Positions 1 to 9,717 of a stretch of DNA of 64,000 bases are shown one piece after another. This DNA is from Terrimicrobiaceae bacterium. Its GTDB lineage: Bacteria; Verrucomicrobiota; Verrucomicrobiia; Chthoniobacterales; Terrimicrobiaceae. Each line of letters begins with the position of its first letter. Position 1 is the stretch's first letter. The notes beneath the pieces are model-generated. The model made no database searches, was not told where the DNA came from, and worked only from the letters and a program-made list of their open reading frames with translations. Made by a program: the position numbers and the translations under genes. The DNA is taken from assembly GCA_049317665.1 (NCBI GenBank), contig JBMOHW010000001.1:17144-81143 (forward strand). Direction: 5' to 3'.

Positions 1-407
1 GTATCTCGGCGCGCTTGGAGGAGTGGCGTGGGTGACCCGCCTAGCAGCGTTAGGATCCCGGCGGAATCGATGGAAAATTGCTCGGTGTTTGCGAGGGCGC
101 GATTAAATCGGGATTCCTGATCCATCAGTTCCGGCGAGGCCGCGCGACGAGTTGATCGGAGCCGGTCGAAGCGGATCTTCTGGCCATCGATCTCGGCGAT
201 TCCACCGAACCGGTTCACTCCGGTCGTGCCGGCCACCGTTCCGTCTCCGGGGAATTCGATAAGGACGCTCGATCCCGCGAGGACCGGTGTGCCGAAGATT
301 TCGGTCACGGTCCATTTCGAGGGGGCGATGGGACTCTCGGATTTTGCAGGCACGATGGAGAAAGCGAGAACGGCAAGTGCGGCGGTCAGGTAGTGGGACA
401 TTCTCAT
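1..407 (-). CDS. META/HslJ-like domain secreted protein (C-terminus beyond left window edge)
   Basis: Minus-strand frame open from ATG at 407 to position 1. It is absent from the ORF track because it has no stop in the window. Signal-like N-terminus MRMSHYLTAALAVLAFSIVPA. The body, VNRFGGIAEIDGQKIRFDRLRSTRRAASPELMDQESRFNRALANTEQFSIDSAGILTL, fits the META domain pattern. Confidence 0.6.
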   Translation of the reverse strand, partial: MRMSHYLTAALAVLAFSIVPAKSESPIAPSKWTVTEIFGTPVLAGSSVLIEFPGDGTVAGTTGVNRFGGIAEIDGQKIRFDRLRSTRRAASPELMDQESRFNRALANTEQFSIDSAGILTLLGGSPTPLLQARRD

Positions 408-482
408 ACCTGAGGATAACGGAAAGTGCGCCGGTCGCAAGAATCGGGTGGGGAAATGTGATCGGCTAGCTAGGGTGATCTG

Positions 483-1307
483 ATGAACGATTACGAGCGA
501 GTTGCGAAAGTGATTCACTATCTCGAGGCCCATCAGGAAGGTCAGCCTTCGCTGGACGAACTTGCTGGGGTCGTTGGATTGAGCGCGGCGCATTTTCACC
601 GAATGTTTCGGAGATGGGCCGGGGTGACGCCGAAAGATTTCCTTCAGTGCCTGACCGTCGAGTCCGCGAAATCTCGCCTTCGGGAATCCGCAGCGGTTTT
701 GGAGGCGTCGCTCGATGTCGGTCTGTCAGGCCCGGGTCGGCTTCACGACCACTTTGTCTCCCTCGAAGCCGCTTCGCCTGGCGAGTTCAAGTCGGGCGGG
801 CGGGGGTTACTCATCGAGTGGGGAGAGGCGGAGAGTCCATTTGGTCTCTGCAGTCTCGGGTGGAATCCTCGGGGAGTTTGTCATTTGGCGTTCCATGATA
901 AGCGAATTTTGGATGTCGCCGAGGTGAGTGGACACTGGCCCCATGCGCATTGGGTTCGTGACGATCTCGCGGCTGGCGACCTCGCGACGAGGATCTTCAC
1001 CCGACCCGTATCGGGTTCCGGGCGGCTCCCGCCCCTCCAGGCGTTTGTCCGAGGAACCTCGTTCCAGCTGAAGGTCTGGAAGGCACTGCTCCAGATTCCC
1101 GAGGCCGGCTTGGCGAGCTATCAGACCGTTGCCCGGTTTGCTGGGAAACCGAAAGCGTTTCGCGCCGTCGGGACCGCCTGTGGAGCCAATCCTGTGGCGT
1201 TTCTCATTCCGTGCCACCGCGTCATTCGCGAAACCGGCGTTGTTCAGGGATACCGATGGGGATCCACTCGCAAGCAGGCGATCCTGGCGTGGGAGTTTGC
1301 GCGCTAA
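483..1307 (+). CDS. AraC-type HTH domain fused to methylated-DNA-protein-cysteine methyltransferase (Ada/Ogt-like)
   Basis: 274-aa ORF. N-terminal AraC-like HTH (LSAAHFHRMFRRWAGVTPKDFL). C-terminal MGMT domain with active-site IPCHRVI and ...YRWG motif. Confidence 0.85.
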   Translation: MNDYERVAKVIHYLEAHQEGQPSLDELAGVVGLSAAHFHRMFRRWAGVTPKDFLQCLTVESAKSRLRESAAVLEASLDVGLSGPGRLHDHFVSLEAASPGEFKSGGRGLLIEWGEAESPFGLCSLGWNPRGVCHLAFHDKRILDVAEVSGHWPHAHWVRDDLAAGDLATRIFTRPVSGSGRLPPLQAFVRGTSFQLKVWKALLQIPEAGLASYQTVARFAGKPKAFRAVGTACGANPVAFLIPCHRVIRETGVVQGYRWGSTRKQAILAWEFAR

Positions 1308-2137
1308 AACGCCACGGGTCCCGTCGCGTAGTCCACGGGTGCGGCGGAAATGTTTTCGATACGAATCTCCATCGACAGAAACCGTGCCGATGCTGACATC
1401 GTCGCGACCGACGTGTCGGCGGCGTCGTGGCCGACACCCACGCGGATGAACCCGTGTTGCGGAGCGAGCCGTGTGGCGTCGTAATACCACCAATGGCCCC
1501 CGATCCAGACCTCGAAGATCGCATGAAAATCCGGGGTGGAAAGGCCGTAGGCGTAGGCGCTGACGTAGCGGGCGGGAATCCCCATCGCCCGGCAAAATGT
1601 GATTCCGAGGTGTGCGAAGTCGCGACAGACGCCCGCACTCAAAATCAGGCATTCCACAGCGCTGGTGTGCGCATCGGTCATCCCCGGCGAATAATCGATC
1701 CGGGTATGGATCCAGTTGCAAATGCCCGCGACGCGTTCGTGACCCGGCGGGAGTTCGCCAAATTCCTTCGCGGCAAGCCGCACGAGTTTGTCGGACTCGC
1801 AGTAGCGGCTCGGGTAGAGGAACCTCACGACCTCAGGAGGCAGATCGATCAGTGGAGACTCGGGCAGGTTTGTGTCGTGGACCTCTGGCGCAATGTCGCG
1901 CTCGATCTCGGCATCATACGAGATCTCGCACTCTCCGGCACTGATCGCGAGGCCGTGGAGGCGGGTTGTGCCATCCGGCACTTCCTTCTCTCGGAACTCG
2001 ATGCCAGCAGCATTTCCGAGTCTTTCTCGGAGCACGCGTTGCCTTGGACTCCGTGAGGCGGCCACATTCAGCAGGATCCACCCGTCCTGATCCAGTTGAT
2101 AGCAAAGTCGAGTTCGTATGGAGAATCGATGGGTCAT
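1304..2137 (-). CDS. transglutaminase-like family protein
   Basis: ORF 1304..2167, trimmed to ATG at 2137 (MTHRFSIRTRLCYQL). Transglutaminase core motifs GVCRDFAHLGITFCRAMGIPARYVSAY and HAIFEVWIGGHWWYYDATR. Confidence 0.75.
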   Translation of the reverse strand: MTHRFSIRTRLCYQLDQDGWILLNVAASRSPRQRVLRERLGNAAGIEFREKEVPDGTTRLHGLAISAGECEISYDAEIERDIAPEVHDTNLPESPLIDLPPEVVRFLYPSRYCESDKLVRLAAKEFGELPPGHERVAGICNWIHTRIDYSPGMTDAHTSAVECLILSAGVCRDFAHLGITFCRAMGIPARYVSAYAYGLSTPDFHAIFEVWIGGHWWYYDATRLAPQHGFIRVGVGHDAADTSVATMSASARFLSMEIRIENISAAPVDYATGPVAF

Positions 2138-5021
2138 GTGTTGGTCGGTCGGAAAACGCCGACACACTACACGACCGGAGCCGAGTTGCTTGAAAAATAT
2201 CCGCAGCGAACGGTTGCAATTTCCCCGAAAATTCGAAATAACCCCCGCCGGGTTGAAGACGACGGCTGACTATATCGCTTCGGGGTTCGAAAAGATCGGG
2301 AGAGATCTGGAATTTCTCATGCTGTGTTTGCAGGAGGTCCTCAGCGAACTGGGAGAAAACGAGGTCGCCGAACGGCTTCCATGGATCGGGACCGGGGAGG
2401 GGAGGCCGAAGGGCTTTGAGCAAGCGTGTTCGATTGCTTTCCAGCTTTTGAATATGGTCGAGGAAAGTGCCTCGACCCGCACCCGCCGGATGCGTGAGAT
2501 TGCCAGCGGGTTGGCCGACGAGCCGGGGCTCTGGGGGCAGACATTTGCCAAGCTCCGCGACGCGGGGAAGTCGGCCGAGGAGATCGGGGGCTCGTTGCAC
2601 GAGATCCGGATCGAGCCGGTTCTGACGGCGCATCCGACCGAAGCGAAACGTTCGGCTGTTCTGGAGCAACACCGGGCGATCTATCGCCTTCTGACGGCGC
2701 TTGAAGACGATCAATTGACGCCGAGCCAGCGCGGGGCCTACCGGGATGAGATCAAAGTCGTTCTGGAACGGCTTTGGCGCACGGGCGAGATCCTCCTCGA
2801 AAAGCCCGACATCGCCACCGAGCGGCGTGGCGTGATTTTTTATCTCCGGCAGGTTTTTCCAGCAGCGCTTGCGCGTTTGGATGAGCGGTTGCATCAAGCT
2901 TGGAAGGCGGCGGGATTCGATCCTCGGCTGCTCGAAGATCCCGAGGCCTGGCCGAAGATCCGCTTCGGCACATGGGTCGGAGGGGACCGGGACGGACATC
3001 CTCTGGTGACGGCCGAGGTGACTGCCCGAACATTGACCGAGCTCCGGTTGGATGCATTGCGCGTGATGCAAAGCCAGTTGGAAGAACTGGCCGCCAAGCT
3101 CCCGCTCTCGAGCAACTTTCAGGATCCGCCGCCGAACCTCGAACGAACATTGGTCGAGCTCTGGTCGGAAAATCCCGAGCTCGCCGAGGCCCTCTCGCGT
3201 CAACATTCGGATGAGCCATGGCGTCAGTTTGTCTTGCTCCTGCAAGCCAAGCTCCCGCTGGCCGCCGGACAGGGGAACGACTTTGCCCTGACCGAAAATG
3301 GGATTCATTACAAAAGCCCGCTCGAGTTGGATGAGCATCTGGCACAGTTGTCCGAATCGCTCCACGCGGTGGGAGCCGGGCGGATCGCCGACACCGCCGT
3401 GTTGCCGGTGCGGCGGGCATTGGATGTCTTTGGGTTCCATCTGGCCGCGCTCGATATTCGTCAGAACAGCCGGTTTCACGATCTCGCGGTGGACCAGCTT
3501 CTCGAGGCAAGCGGAGCGAAGGATTTCCAGTTTTCGGAATGGAGTGAGGAAAAGCGGCTCGCCTTTCTACACTCAGAACTCGCGTCGCCACGGCCGTTCC
3601 TCGGAAGTGGGGCGCTTGTCGGCAGCGAAGCTGATGCGGTGCTTTCCTGTTACCGTGTGCTGCGCAATCATATGGAGCGTCACGGACGGGAGGGAGTTGG
3701 ATCGCTCATCGTGAGTATGACGAAGCGACTCTCCGATCTGCTGGTCGTTTATATTCTGGCTCGCGAGGCCGGGCTCGCCCGGTGGACTTCAGAGGGTCTT
3801 GTTTCCGAACTCCCGGTCGTGCCGCTCTTTGAGACCCTGTCCGATCTCGACCACGGACCACAGATTGTCCGGGACTTCCTTGCCTGCCCGGTCACCGTGC
3901 GCAGTCTGGCCTACCAGATGAGCGAGCGGATTCAGGTTTTATCGAAACGCCAGGCGCGCCCGGTCCAGCAGGTCATGATTGGATACAGTGACAGCAACAA
4001 GGATTGCGGAATCTTTGCGAGCCAGTGGGCGCTCCACCAATCGCAGGCGGCGCTGGCGGAGGCCGGCAACGAGGCTGGGGTGAAGATACGGTTTTTCCAC
4101 GGCCGCGGAGGAACAATCAGCCGCGGGGCGGGGCCGACGCACCGTTTTCTTGATGCGCTGCCGCCGGGTTCTGTTCAGGGCGATCTTCGCCTCACCGAGC
4201 AGGGGGAGACGATTCCGCAGAAGTATGCCCACTTGGTCTCTGCCGTTTACAATCTCGAGCTTCTTCAGGCAGGTGTCGCTGGGGTTTCGCTTCTGGATCA
4301 ATCAGAGGGAATCGATGACGAATTCCGTGCGGTCTGCGAGTTCCTCTCGACGGCGAGCCGGGATGCCTACGTGGCGTTGATCAATCACGCGGATTTCATG
4401 ACTTATTATGCTCAGGCAACGCCGATTGATGCTCTGGAGACGAGCCGGATTGGATCCCGCCCGGCCCGGCGCACGGGCCAGCGGACTCTCGCCGACCTCC
4501 GTGCAATTCCCTGGGTGTTTAGCTGGAACCAGAGTCGACACTATCTACCGGGATGGTTTGGCGTGGGCTCGGCTCTGGAAAAACTGGCGACGGCCGACCC
4601 GGCCGGTTTCCGGAGGCTGGGCCATTCGCTGAAAGCCTCGCCGTTTCTCTACTACGTTTTGACCAACGTGGAGACGAACCTTGCCAGTGCGGACCGCGAG
4701 ATGATCGAGCTCTATGCCAGTCTCGTTGTTGAAAAGCCGGTGCGTGACGAGATGCTGGGAATTATTTTTGAGGAGTTTGACCGCACCAAGGCAATGATGA
4801 GCGAAGTCTTCGGGGGATCCCTTGAGCAGCGCCGTCCGCGAATGCTCAAGACGCTGGGTCTGCGGGATGCAGCGCTACGATCTTTGCATGTCCATCAGAC
4901 CGAGGTTCTGAGCCGTTGGCGGGGCGCCCGGGCGGAGGGCTCTCCCGAGGCCGATCGGTTGCTTCCGCAAGTCCTTCTCAGCATTAACGCGATTGCCAGC
5001 GGACTTCGAACGACCGGGTAA
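2118..5021 (+). CDS. ppc: phosphoenolpyruvate carboxylase
   Basis: 967-aa ORF with PEPC signatures VLTAHPTE, GYSDSNKDCG, FHGRGGTISRGAGP and the canonical C-terminal end NAIASGLRTTG. The true start is probably downstream of 2137 (TTG/ATG candidates) because the first 20 nt overlap the divergent upstream gene. Confidence 0.95.
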   Translation: MENRWVMCWSVGKRRHTTRPEPSCLKNIRSERLQFPRKFEITPAGLKTTADYIASGFEKIGRDLEFLMLCLQEVLSELGENEVAERLPWIGTGEGRPKGFEQACSIAFQLLNMVEESASTRTRRMREIASGLADEPGLWGQTFAKLRDAGKSAEEIGGSLHEIRIEPVLTAHPTEAKRSAVLEQHRAIYRLLTALEDDQLTPSQRGAYRDEIKVVLERLWRTGEILLEKPDIATERRGVIFYLRQVFPAALARLDERLHQAWKAAGFDPRLLEDPEAWPKIRFGTWVGGDRDGHPLVTAEVTARTLTELRLDALRVMQSQLEELAAKLPLSSNFQDPPPNLERTLVELWSENPELAEALSRQHSDEPWRQFVLLLQAKLPLAAGQGNDFALTENGIHYKSPLELDEHLAQLSESLHAVGAGRIADTAVLPVRRALDVFGFHLAALDIRQNSRFHDLAVDQLLEASGAKDFQFSEWSEEKRLAFLHSELASPRPFLGSGALVGSEADAVLSCYRVLRNHMERHGREGVGSLIVSMTKRLSDLLVVYILAREAGLARWTSEGLVSELPVVPLFETLSDLDHGPQIVRDFLACPVTVRSLAYQMSERIQVLSKRQARPVQQVMIGYSDSNKDCGIFASQWALHQSQAALAEAGNEAGVKIRFFHGRGGTISRGAGPTHRFLDALPPGSVQGDLRLTEQGETIPQKYAHLVSAVYNLELLQAGVAGVSLLDQSEGIDDEFRAVCEFLSTASRDAYVALINHADFMTYYAQATPIDALETSRIGSRPARRTGQRTLADLRAIPWVFSWNQSRHYLPGWFGVGSALEKLATADPAGFRRLGHSLKASPFLYYVLTNVETNLASADREMIELYASLVVEKPVRDEMLGIIFEEFDRTKAMMSEVFGGSLEQRRPRMLKTLGLRDAALRSLHVHQTEVLSRWRGARAEGSPEADRLLPQVLLSINAIASGLRTTG

Positions 5022-5084
5022 TTCCGCGTTGCCGCCAAGACATTTTCTGGTGCGAGCGGCGCAGGATGTGGCAGGGTAGGGGAG

Positions 5085-5966
5085 ATGATGACGACTGATT
5101 GGAAATCCCTGACACTGACCCTTGGGCACTCGCCTGATCCTGATGATGCCTTCATGTTTTATGCGATGGCGGAGGGCAAGATTGATCTGAGAGGATACCG
5201 TTTCGAGCATATCCTCCAAGATATCCAAACGCTGAACGAGCGGGCGACTCGCGGGGAATTGCATATCACGGCAGTTTCCATTCATGCGTTGGCCCACCTC
5301 TTGGACAAATACCTACCGCTGCCGAGCGGGGCGAGCATGGGCGATGGCTACGGACCGATGTTTATTACGACCGATCCCGCGGGCTCGGCCTTTGCGACCG
5401 ACGACGAACGGCGGGAATGGCTGCGCAGTCGGCTGATTGCCGTGCCCGGAAAAATGACCAGCGCTTATCTCGCCGCGCAGATTTACCTGGGTGCGGACTT
5501 CCGGCATGTCGTTGTTCCTTTCGATGAGATTTTTGACGCGGTGAAGTCGGGCCGGGCCGATGTTGGGCTGATTATTCATGAGGGCCAGGTCACGTATGCG
5601 CGGGACGGGTTTTCCTTGGTTCGCGACCTCGGGGCTTGGTGGAAGGAATCGACCGGACTACCGCTTCCGCTGGGCGGCAACATCGTGCGCCGGGATATTC
5701 CGCCGGAAGTGCGGACCGAGCTCTCCGATATCCTGCGCGAGAGCATTCGCTACGGGCTGGAAAACCGCCGACCCGCTGTCGAGCACAGCATGGCGCATGC
5801 TCGCGGGATGGACATCCCATTAGCCGATCAATTTATCGGGATGTATGTGAACGACTTTACGATCGACTACGGCGAAACCGGCCGCGCGGCGATTCGCAAA
5901 TTCCTCGGTGAAGCAGCGCAGCTCGGGTTGGTCCCGCCGGTCAGCGATCTGGAGTTTGTGGAGTAG
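5085..5966 (+). CDS. MqnA/MqnD-family menaquinone (futalosine pathway) biosynthesis protein
   Basis: 293-aa ORF. N-terminal LTLGHSPDPDDAFMFYAMAEG pattern and overall periplasmic-binding-protein-like layout typical of the MqnA/MqnD (VitK2 biosynthesis) family. The subfamily is not resolved. Confidence 0.65.
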   Translation: MMTTDWKSLTLTLGHSPDPDDAFMFYAMAEGKIDLRGYRFEHILQDIQTLNERATRGELHITAVSIHALAHLLDKYLPLPSGASMGDGYGPMFITTDPAGSAFATDDERREWLRSRLIAVPGKMTSAYLAAQIYLGADFRHVVVPFDEIFDAVKSGRADVGLIIHEGQVTYARDGFSLVRDLGAWWKESTGLPLPLGGNIVRRDIPPEVRTELSDILRESIRYGLENRRPAVEHSMAHARGMDIPLADQFIGMYVNDFTIDYGETGRAAIRKFLGEAAQLGLVPPVSDLEFVE

Positions 5967-7668
5967 GGATCTGCGGCTGGCGGGCGACTCGGGCGGCGTT
6001 CTTATCGACCTTGCCGGTAAGCGATGGGTTGGCGGGGTCGATCTGGAGGGCCTTCTGCCAGTAGAGGACGGCCTCTGCAATTCTTCCCAATTTTTCGTAA
6101 GTATCGCCAAGATGGTCCAAGACGACCGGGTCCGGCTGCTCAAGCGCGGCGGTTGATCGGAGCAACTCGGTGAGTGCCTCCTCGAACCGGCCTTTGCGGA
6201 AAAGCACCCATCCCAGACTGTCAAGGTAGGCTCCATTGTTCGGCTCGAATGCAAGGGCGCGACGAATGAGTTTTTCAGCTTCGTCAAGGTTTTCATTCCG
6301 ATCGGCCCACATGTAGCCGAGGTAATTGCACGCTTTCGCCGAGCGCTCCGGGTCGAGTTCGATCGACTTGAGAAAAATCTGAGCCGCCTTGGCGATGCGT
6401 CCGGCTTTTTCTGCAGCGACTCCGTAGGTGAAGTAGAACTCCGCGTCGAGTAGGTCGGGACGTGAGATTCCTGCTTGGACGACGACCTGCTCGAACGCTT
6501 TCATGGCATCTTCGTGTTCGTTTTGCTCGCTGTGCGCGATGGCCCGGTAAAGTGTGAACTCGACACTGTCTGGGAAGGACTTTTCCGCTTCTTGAGCAAA
6601 TTCCCGTGCGGCTTTCGGATCGTTTGTGAGGAAGCTGAGGCGGATCAACTCATCGTAGCGACGCGGTGCCGGATCCGCGATCAGCAGCGACTGGCGCAGC
6701 TTCGACAGAGCCTTCGGAAAGTCGCCGGATTCCCAGTAGATCTTGCCCAGAAGGTCGTAGGATCTGAGGTCGAGCGGGTTGGTTTTGATGTTTTCCTCCA
6801 AGAGCGTGATCGCTTCCGAGGGGCTTCCGGACTGCAAGAGACAGGCGGCCAAGCGCTCGCGGACGCCCTCGAGCCCGGGCTTTAATGCGAGGGCCCTCGA
6901 GTAGAGTTCGACAGCACGTTCGATCTGGCTGAAGGCAACAAAGTAATCGCCAGCCCTCGCGAGCATGTGAGCATCGGCACCCGACCGCACCGCTCGGTCG
7001 AGAAACTCGGTAATGGCTGCGGTTTCGACATCAGACATCTTGCCATTGCCGCCCGCCTCGCGGAGTCGGAGATCGGCCAGTCGGAGCCAGAACTCCGGCG
7101 GTGCGGAAGACCGCTTGAGCGCGCGTTGGAAAACTCCATCCGCTTTCTCGCGAGCGCCGGTCACGCGGGAGATCTCCCAGAGGGCCTCGTAGCCGCCGGC
7201 ATCGTCGGGAGCGGCCGCGAGCGCCTGGAGGGCATATCTTTCCGCCAGGTCCGGCTTCTGAAGTTGGCGGAGGTAAATCGTCGCCAACGCGAGGGCCGGG
7301 CCGGTGTTCTTTGGCTGGGCCTTGGCGGCATCCTTGAGAACCGTGATCGCATCCGTTGTCTCGCCGCGTCGCAGGTATTGATGCGCACTCTCGACGGCGA
7401 GTTCGGAAAACCCCGGATCGAGCTCCAGAACCTGCCGTTTCGTCTCGAGGGCCTTGTCCGGTCCCTCGCTTTCCTCCTCGAGAAGGGCTTGAAGGTAAAG
7501 TGCAGCCGCTTGCGCCGCGCGCTCGGACTCCGGCGACAGGTTCAGCGGCCGGGGATTGGAGAACTCTTCCGGGAGAATGGCGTCCGCCTCGCTCGCCACG
7601 GCCTCGAACGGACGCAGGATTTGCCCCGCGAGCAATAACGCAAAAAGCAATAAAACCGCGTTCTTCAT
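5941..7668 (-). CDS. secreted tetratricopeptide (TPR) repeat protein
   Basis: 575-aa ORF. Signal peptide MKNAVLLLFALLLAGQILRPFEAVA. Multiple TPR-like A..Y/F..AL..DP repeats throughout. Confidence 0.8.
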   Translation of the reverse strand: MKNAVLLLFALLLAGQILRPFEAVASEADAILPEEFSNPRPLNLSPESERAAQAAALYLQALLEEESEGPDKALETKRQVLELDPGFSELAVESAHQYLRRGETTDAITVLKDAAKAQPKNTGPALALATIYLRQLQKPDLAERYALQALAAAPDDAGGYEALWEISRVTGAREKADGVFQRALKRSSAPPEFWLRLADLRLREAGGNGKMSDVETAAITEFLDRAVRSGADAHMLARAGDYFVAFSQIERAVELYSRALALKPGLEGVRERLAACLLQSGSPSEAITLLEENIKTNPLDLRSYDLLGKIYWESGDFPKALSKLRQSLLIADPAPRRYDELIRLSFLTNDPKAAREFAQEAEKSFPDSVEFTLYRAIAHSEQNEHEDAMKAFEQVVVQAGISRPDLLDAEFYFTYGVAAEKAGRIAKAAQIFLKSIELDPERSAKACNYLGYMWADRNENLDEAEKLIRRALAFEPNNGAYLDSLGWVLFRKGRFEEALTELLRSTAALEQPDPVVLDHLGDTYEKLGRIAEAVLYWQKALQIDPANPSLTGKVDKNAARVARQPQIPTPQTPDR

Positions 7669-7730
7669 GAATCGAGCATCAGCCTAGCATTGATTTCTGC
7701 TTTGCCAAGGCGACTTGAGACCGGCGGCGC

Positions 7731-9572
7731 TCAGCCTTGGAGCTGCTGGCCTTGGACGAGTTCGCGGAAGAGGCCGGGATGGGCAATGAGGTCGTCGTAG
7801 CTTCCGTCCTGAACGATGCGGCCTTTTTGAACCACGAGAATTCGGTCACAATCCCGGACCGTCGCGAGCCGGTGGGCGATGATGATGGCACTTCGCCCGG
7901 CGCAGGCCCGCGTCATGGTATCCTGAATGAGTTTTTCGCTGAGGGTATCGAGTGCGCTGGTGGCCTCATCGAAGAGGAAGACCGGTGGATTCGGTAGGAG
8001 GGCGCGGGCAATGGCGAGCCGCTGACGCTGGCCCCCGCTGAGATTTGAGCCGCCTTCGCCGACCTTGGTGTTGAGGCCCTCGGGAAGCTTCTCGATAAAC
8101 TCCCACGCGTTCGCGAGGCGGCAGGCCTGTTCGATGCGATCATCCGTCGCGTCGGGATCGGCCACGCGGAGGTTTTGGCGAATCGTCGTTCGAAAAATAA
8201 ACGGATCCTGCGGCACGACTCCGAACCGCCGTCTCACCTCGGATCCTGCGCATTCGCGGAGGTCCTGTCCGCCGAAGTGCACGGATCCCTGATCCGGATC
8301 GTAGAGCCGCAGCAAAAGTTGGGCGATCGTGCTTTTTCCTGAACCCGATGGACCCACCAAAGCGACGCTTTGTCCATAAGGGATGCGGAAATTCACGCCG
8401 TCGAGGATCAATTGCTGGTCGTAGGTGAATTGCACATTTCGCATCTCGATATCGCCCGCGGGCGGCACAGGTGCAGACTGGCCGGCGGGGTCTGGTGTGC
8501 TGGATGTGGAACTGAGGACGGCACCGATGCGCTCGATGGACGCCTGCGCCGATCCCCAGAGCGCGAACGCTTGGGAAATGATCGTGAGCGGTGTGGCCAG
8601 TTGTTGGAAGGCCAGGAGAAACATTGAAACCTCACCGATCGTGATCTCCGCGATGCTGAAACGCCAGGCGCATGCGATCAACATAAAGGAGAAGCCGAGG
8701 TAGGAGAGGCTCTCCAGCTTCATCCACTGAATATGTGCCTGCACATCGCGCTCGTAGCTCTTCTTCGAGATGAGTTGCATCTGCGCTCCGAACTCGTGCT
8801 CGACCGTTTGTTCCATGGCATACAATTTGACGGCCCGGTTGCCGTGGAGGAGGTCGGCGACGGTTCCGGTCACGGAGCTTTCCAGCTTCTGATAATCGAG
8901 ATGAATCCGTCGGTTCGCCCGGCGGGTGCGGTCCATCATCACAACCTGGAGGCAGACGGTAAATGACAGGATCGCCGTGAGCATCGGGTCGATCCAAAGG
9001 AGGAGCGCTGCGGACGAAGCGATCGTGGTCACCGCGCCAGCCAGTCCCGTCGCACAGTGTTGATAGAATTGGACAATGTTGTTGAGGGGAGACCCGAACA
9101 AATAGCTGAAAAGCTCGCCGGAACTTCGCCGCATGTGAAAACGCAGACACAGCGCGTTCAATTGACGGTAAAAGCGCGCCCGAAGTGCGGAGAGGATTTT
9201 TTCCCGGACGCTAGTAAATATACGGTAGCTGAAGTGCCAGCACAGCATGCGACCGACCATGGAGACCAAGAAGTATCCGATCCCCAACGCCAGTGCCCGG
9301 CGCCACATGTCCGGCGGAATTTGGCCTTTCCCCAAGACCCAGTCGACCAGCCATCCCACGGTAAAGACTTGAAACGTAATCGCGAATCCATGGATCGCAT
9401 TGAGTCCGATTCCTGCGAGAAGGTGCCAGCCATGAGGTTTTACGAAAGGCCAGATGATCGCCAGTGCACCCGGCGACGCCGCGTCTCCGGCATCCCGAGG
9501 GAGATTCGTCGACGTCATTCCGTCTGTTCGCTGGCCCATTTCGAAGGGACGGTAAGGTTCGGTCTCGGGCAA
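7731..9572 (-). CDS. ABC exporter, fused permease/ATP-binding protein (MsbA-like)
   Basis: 613-aa ORF. N-terminal 6-TM region. Walker A GPSGSGKST, ABC signature LSGGQRQRLAIARAL, Walker B FLFDEATSALD. Confidence 0.9.
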   Translation of the reverse strand: MPETEPYRPFEMGQRTDGMTSTNLPRDAGDAASPGALAIIWPFVKPHGWHLLAGIGLNAIHGFAITFQVFTVGWLVDWVLGKGQIPPDMWRRALALGIGYFLVSMVGRMLCWHFSYRIFTSVREKILSALRARFYRQLNALCLRFHMRRSSGELFSYLFGSPLNNIVQFYQHCATGLAGAVTTIASSAALLLWIDPMLTAILSFTVCLQVVMMDRTRRANRRIHLDYQKLESSVTGTVADLLHGNRAVKLYAMEQTVEHEFGAQMQLISKKSYERDVQAHIQWMKLESLSYLGFSFMLIACAWRFSIAEITIGEVSMFLLAFQQLATPLTIISQAFALWGSAQASIERIGAVLSSTSSTPDPAGQSAPVPPAGDIEMRNVQFTYDQQLILDGVNFRIPYGQSVALVGPSGSGKSTIAQLLLRLYDPDQGSVHFGGQDLRECAGSEVRRRFGVVPQDPFIFRTTIRQNLRVADPDATDDRIEQACRLANAWEFIEKLPEGLNTKVGEGGSNLSGGQRQRLAIARALLPNPPVFLFDEATSALDTLSEKLIQDTMTRACAGRSAIIIAHRLATVRDCDRILVVQKGRIVQDGSYDDLIAHPGLFRELVQGQQLQG

Positions 9573-9717
9573 AGAAAGTGCATTTTTCGCGGTAGGATTC
9601 CTGACGTTAGTGTGTGGAATGGAGCCCTGTGTGACTCCTGTTGGCTATTTGCCCCCCAACGGGAATTGTTGCGAAAATCCGTTTGACTCGCGGTGGAGGC
9701 AGTGAGAATTAGGACAA

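Noticed and set aside
807-1721. 304-aa minus-strand ORF spanning the ada-like and transglutaminase-like genes
   Set aside because: It overlaps two motif-supported genes, one on each strand, in a different frame. Arg-rich nonsense-like sequence.
1914-3479. 521-aa minus-strand ORF
   Set aside because: Entirely antisense to the well-supported ppc gene. Arg/Pro/Gly-rich low-complexity translation typical of shadow ORFs in GC-rich DNA. No recognisable motif.
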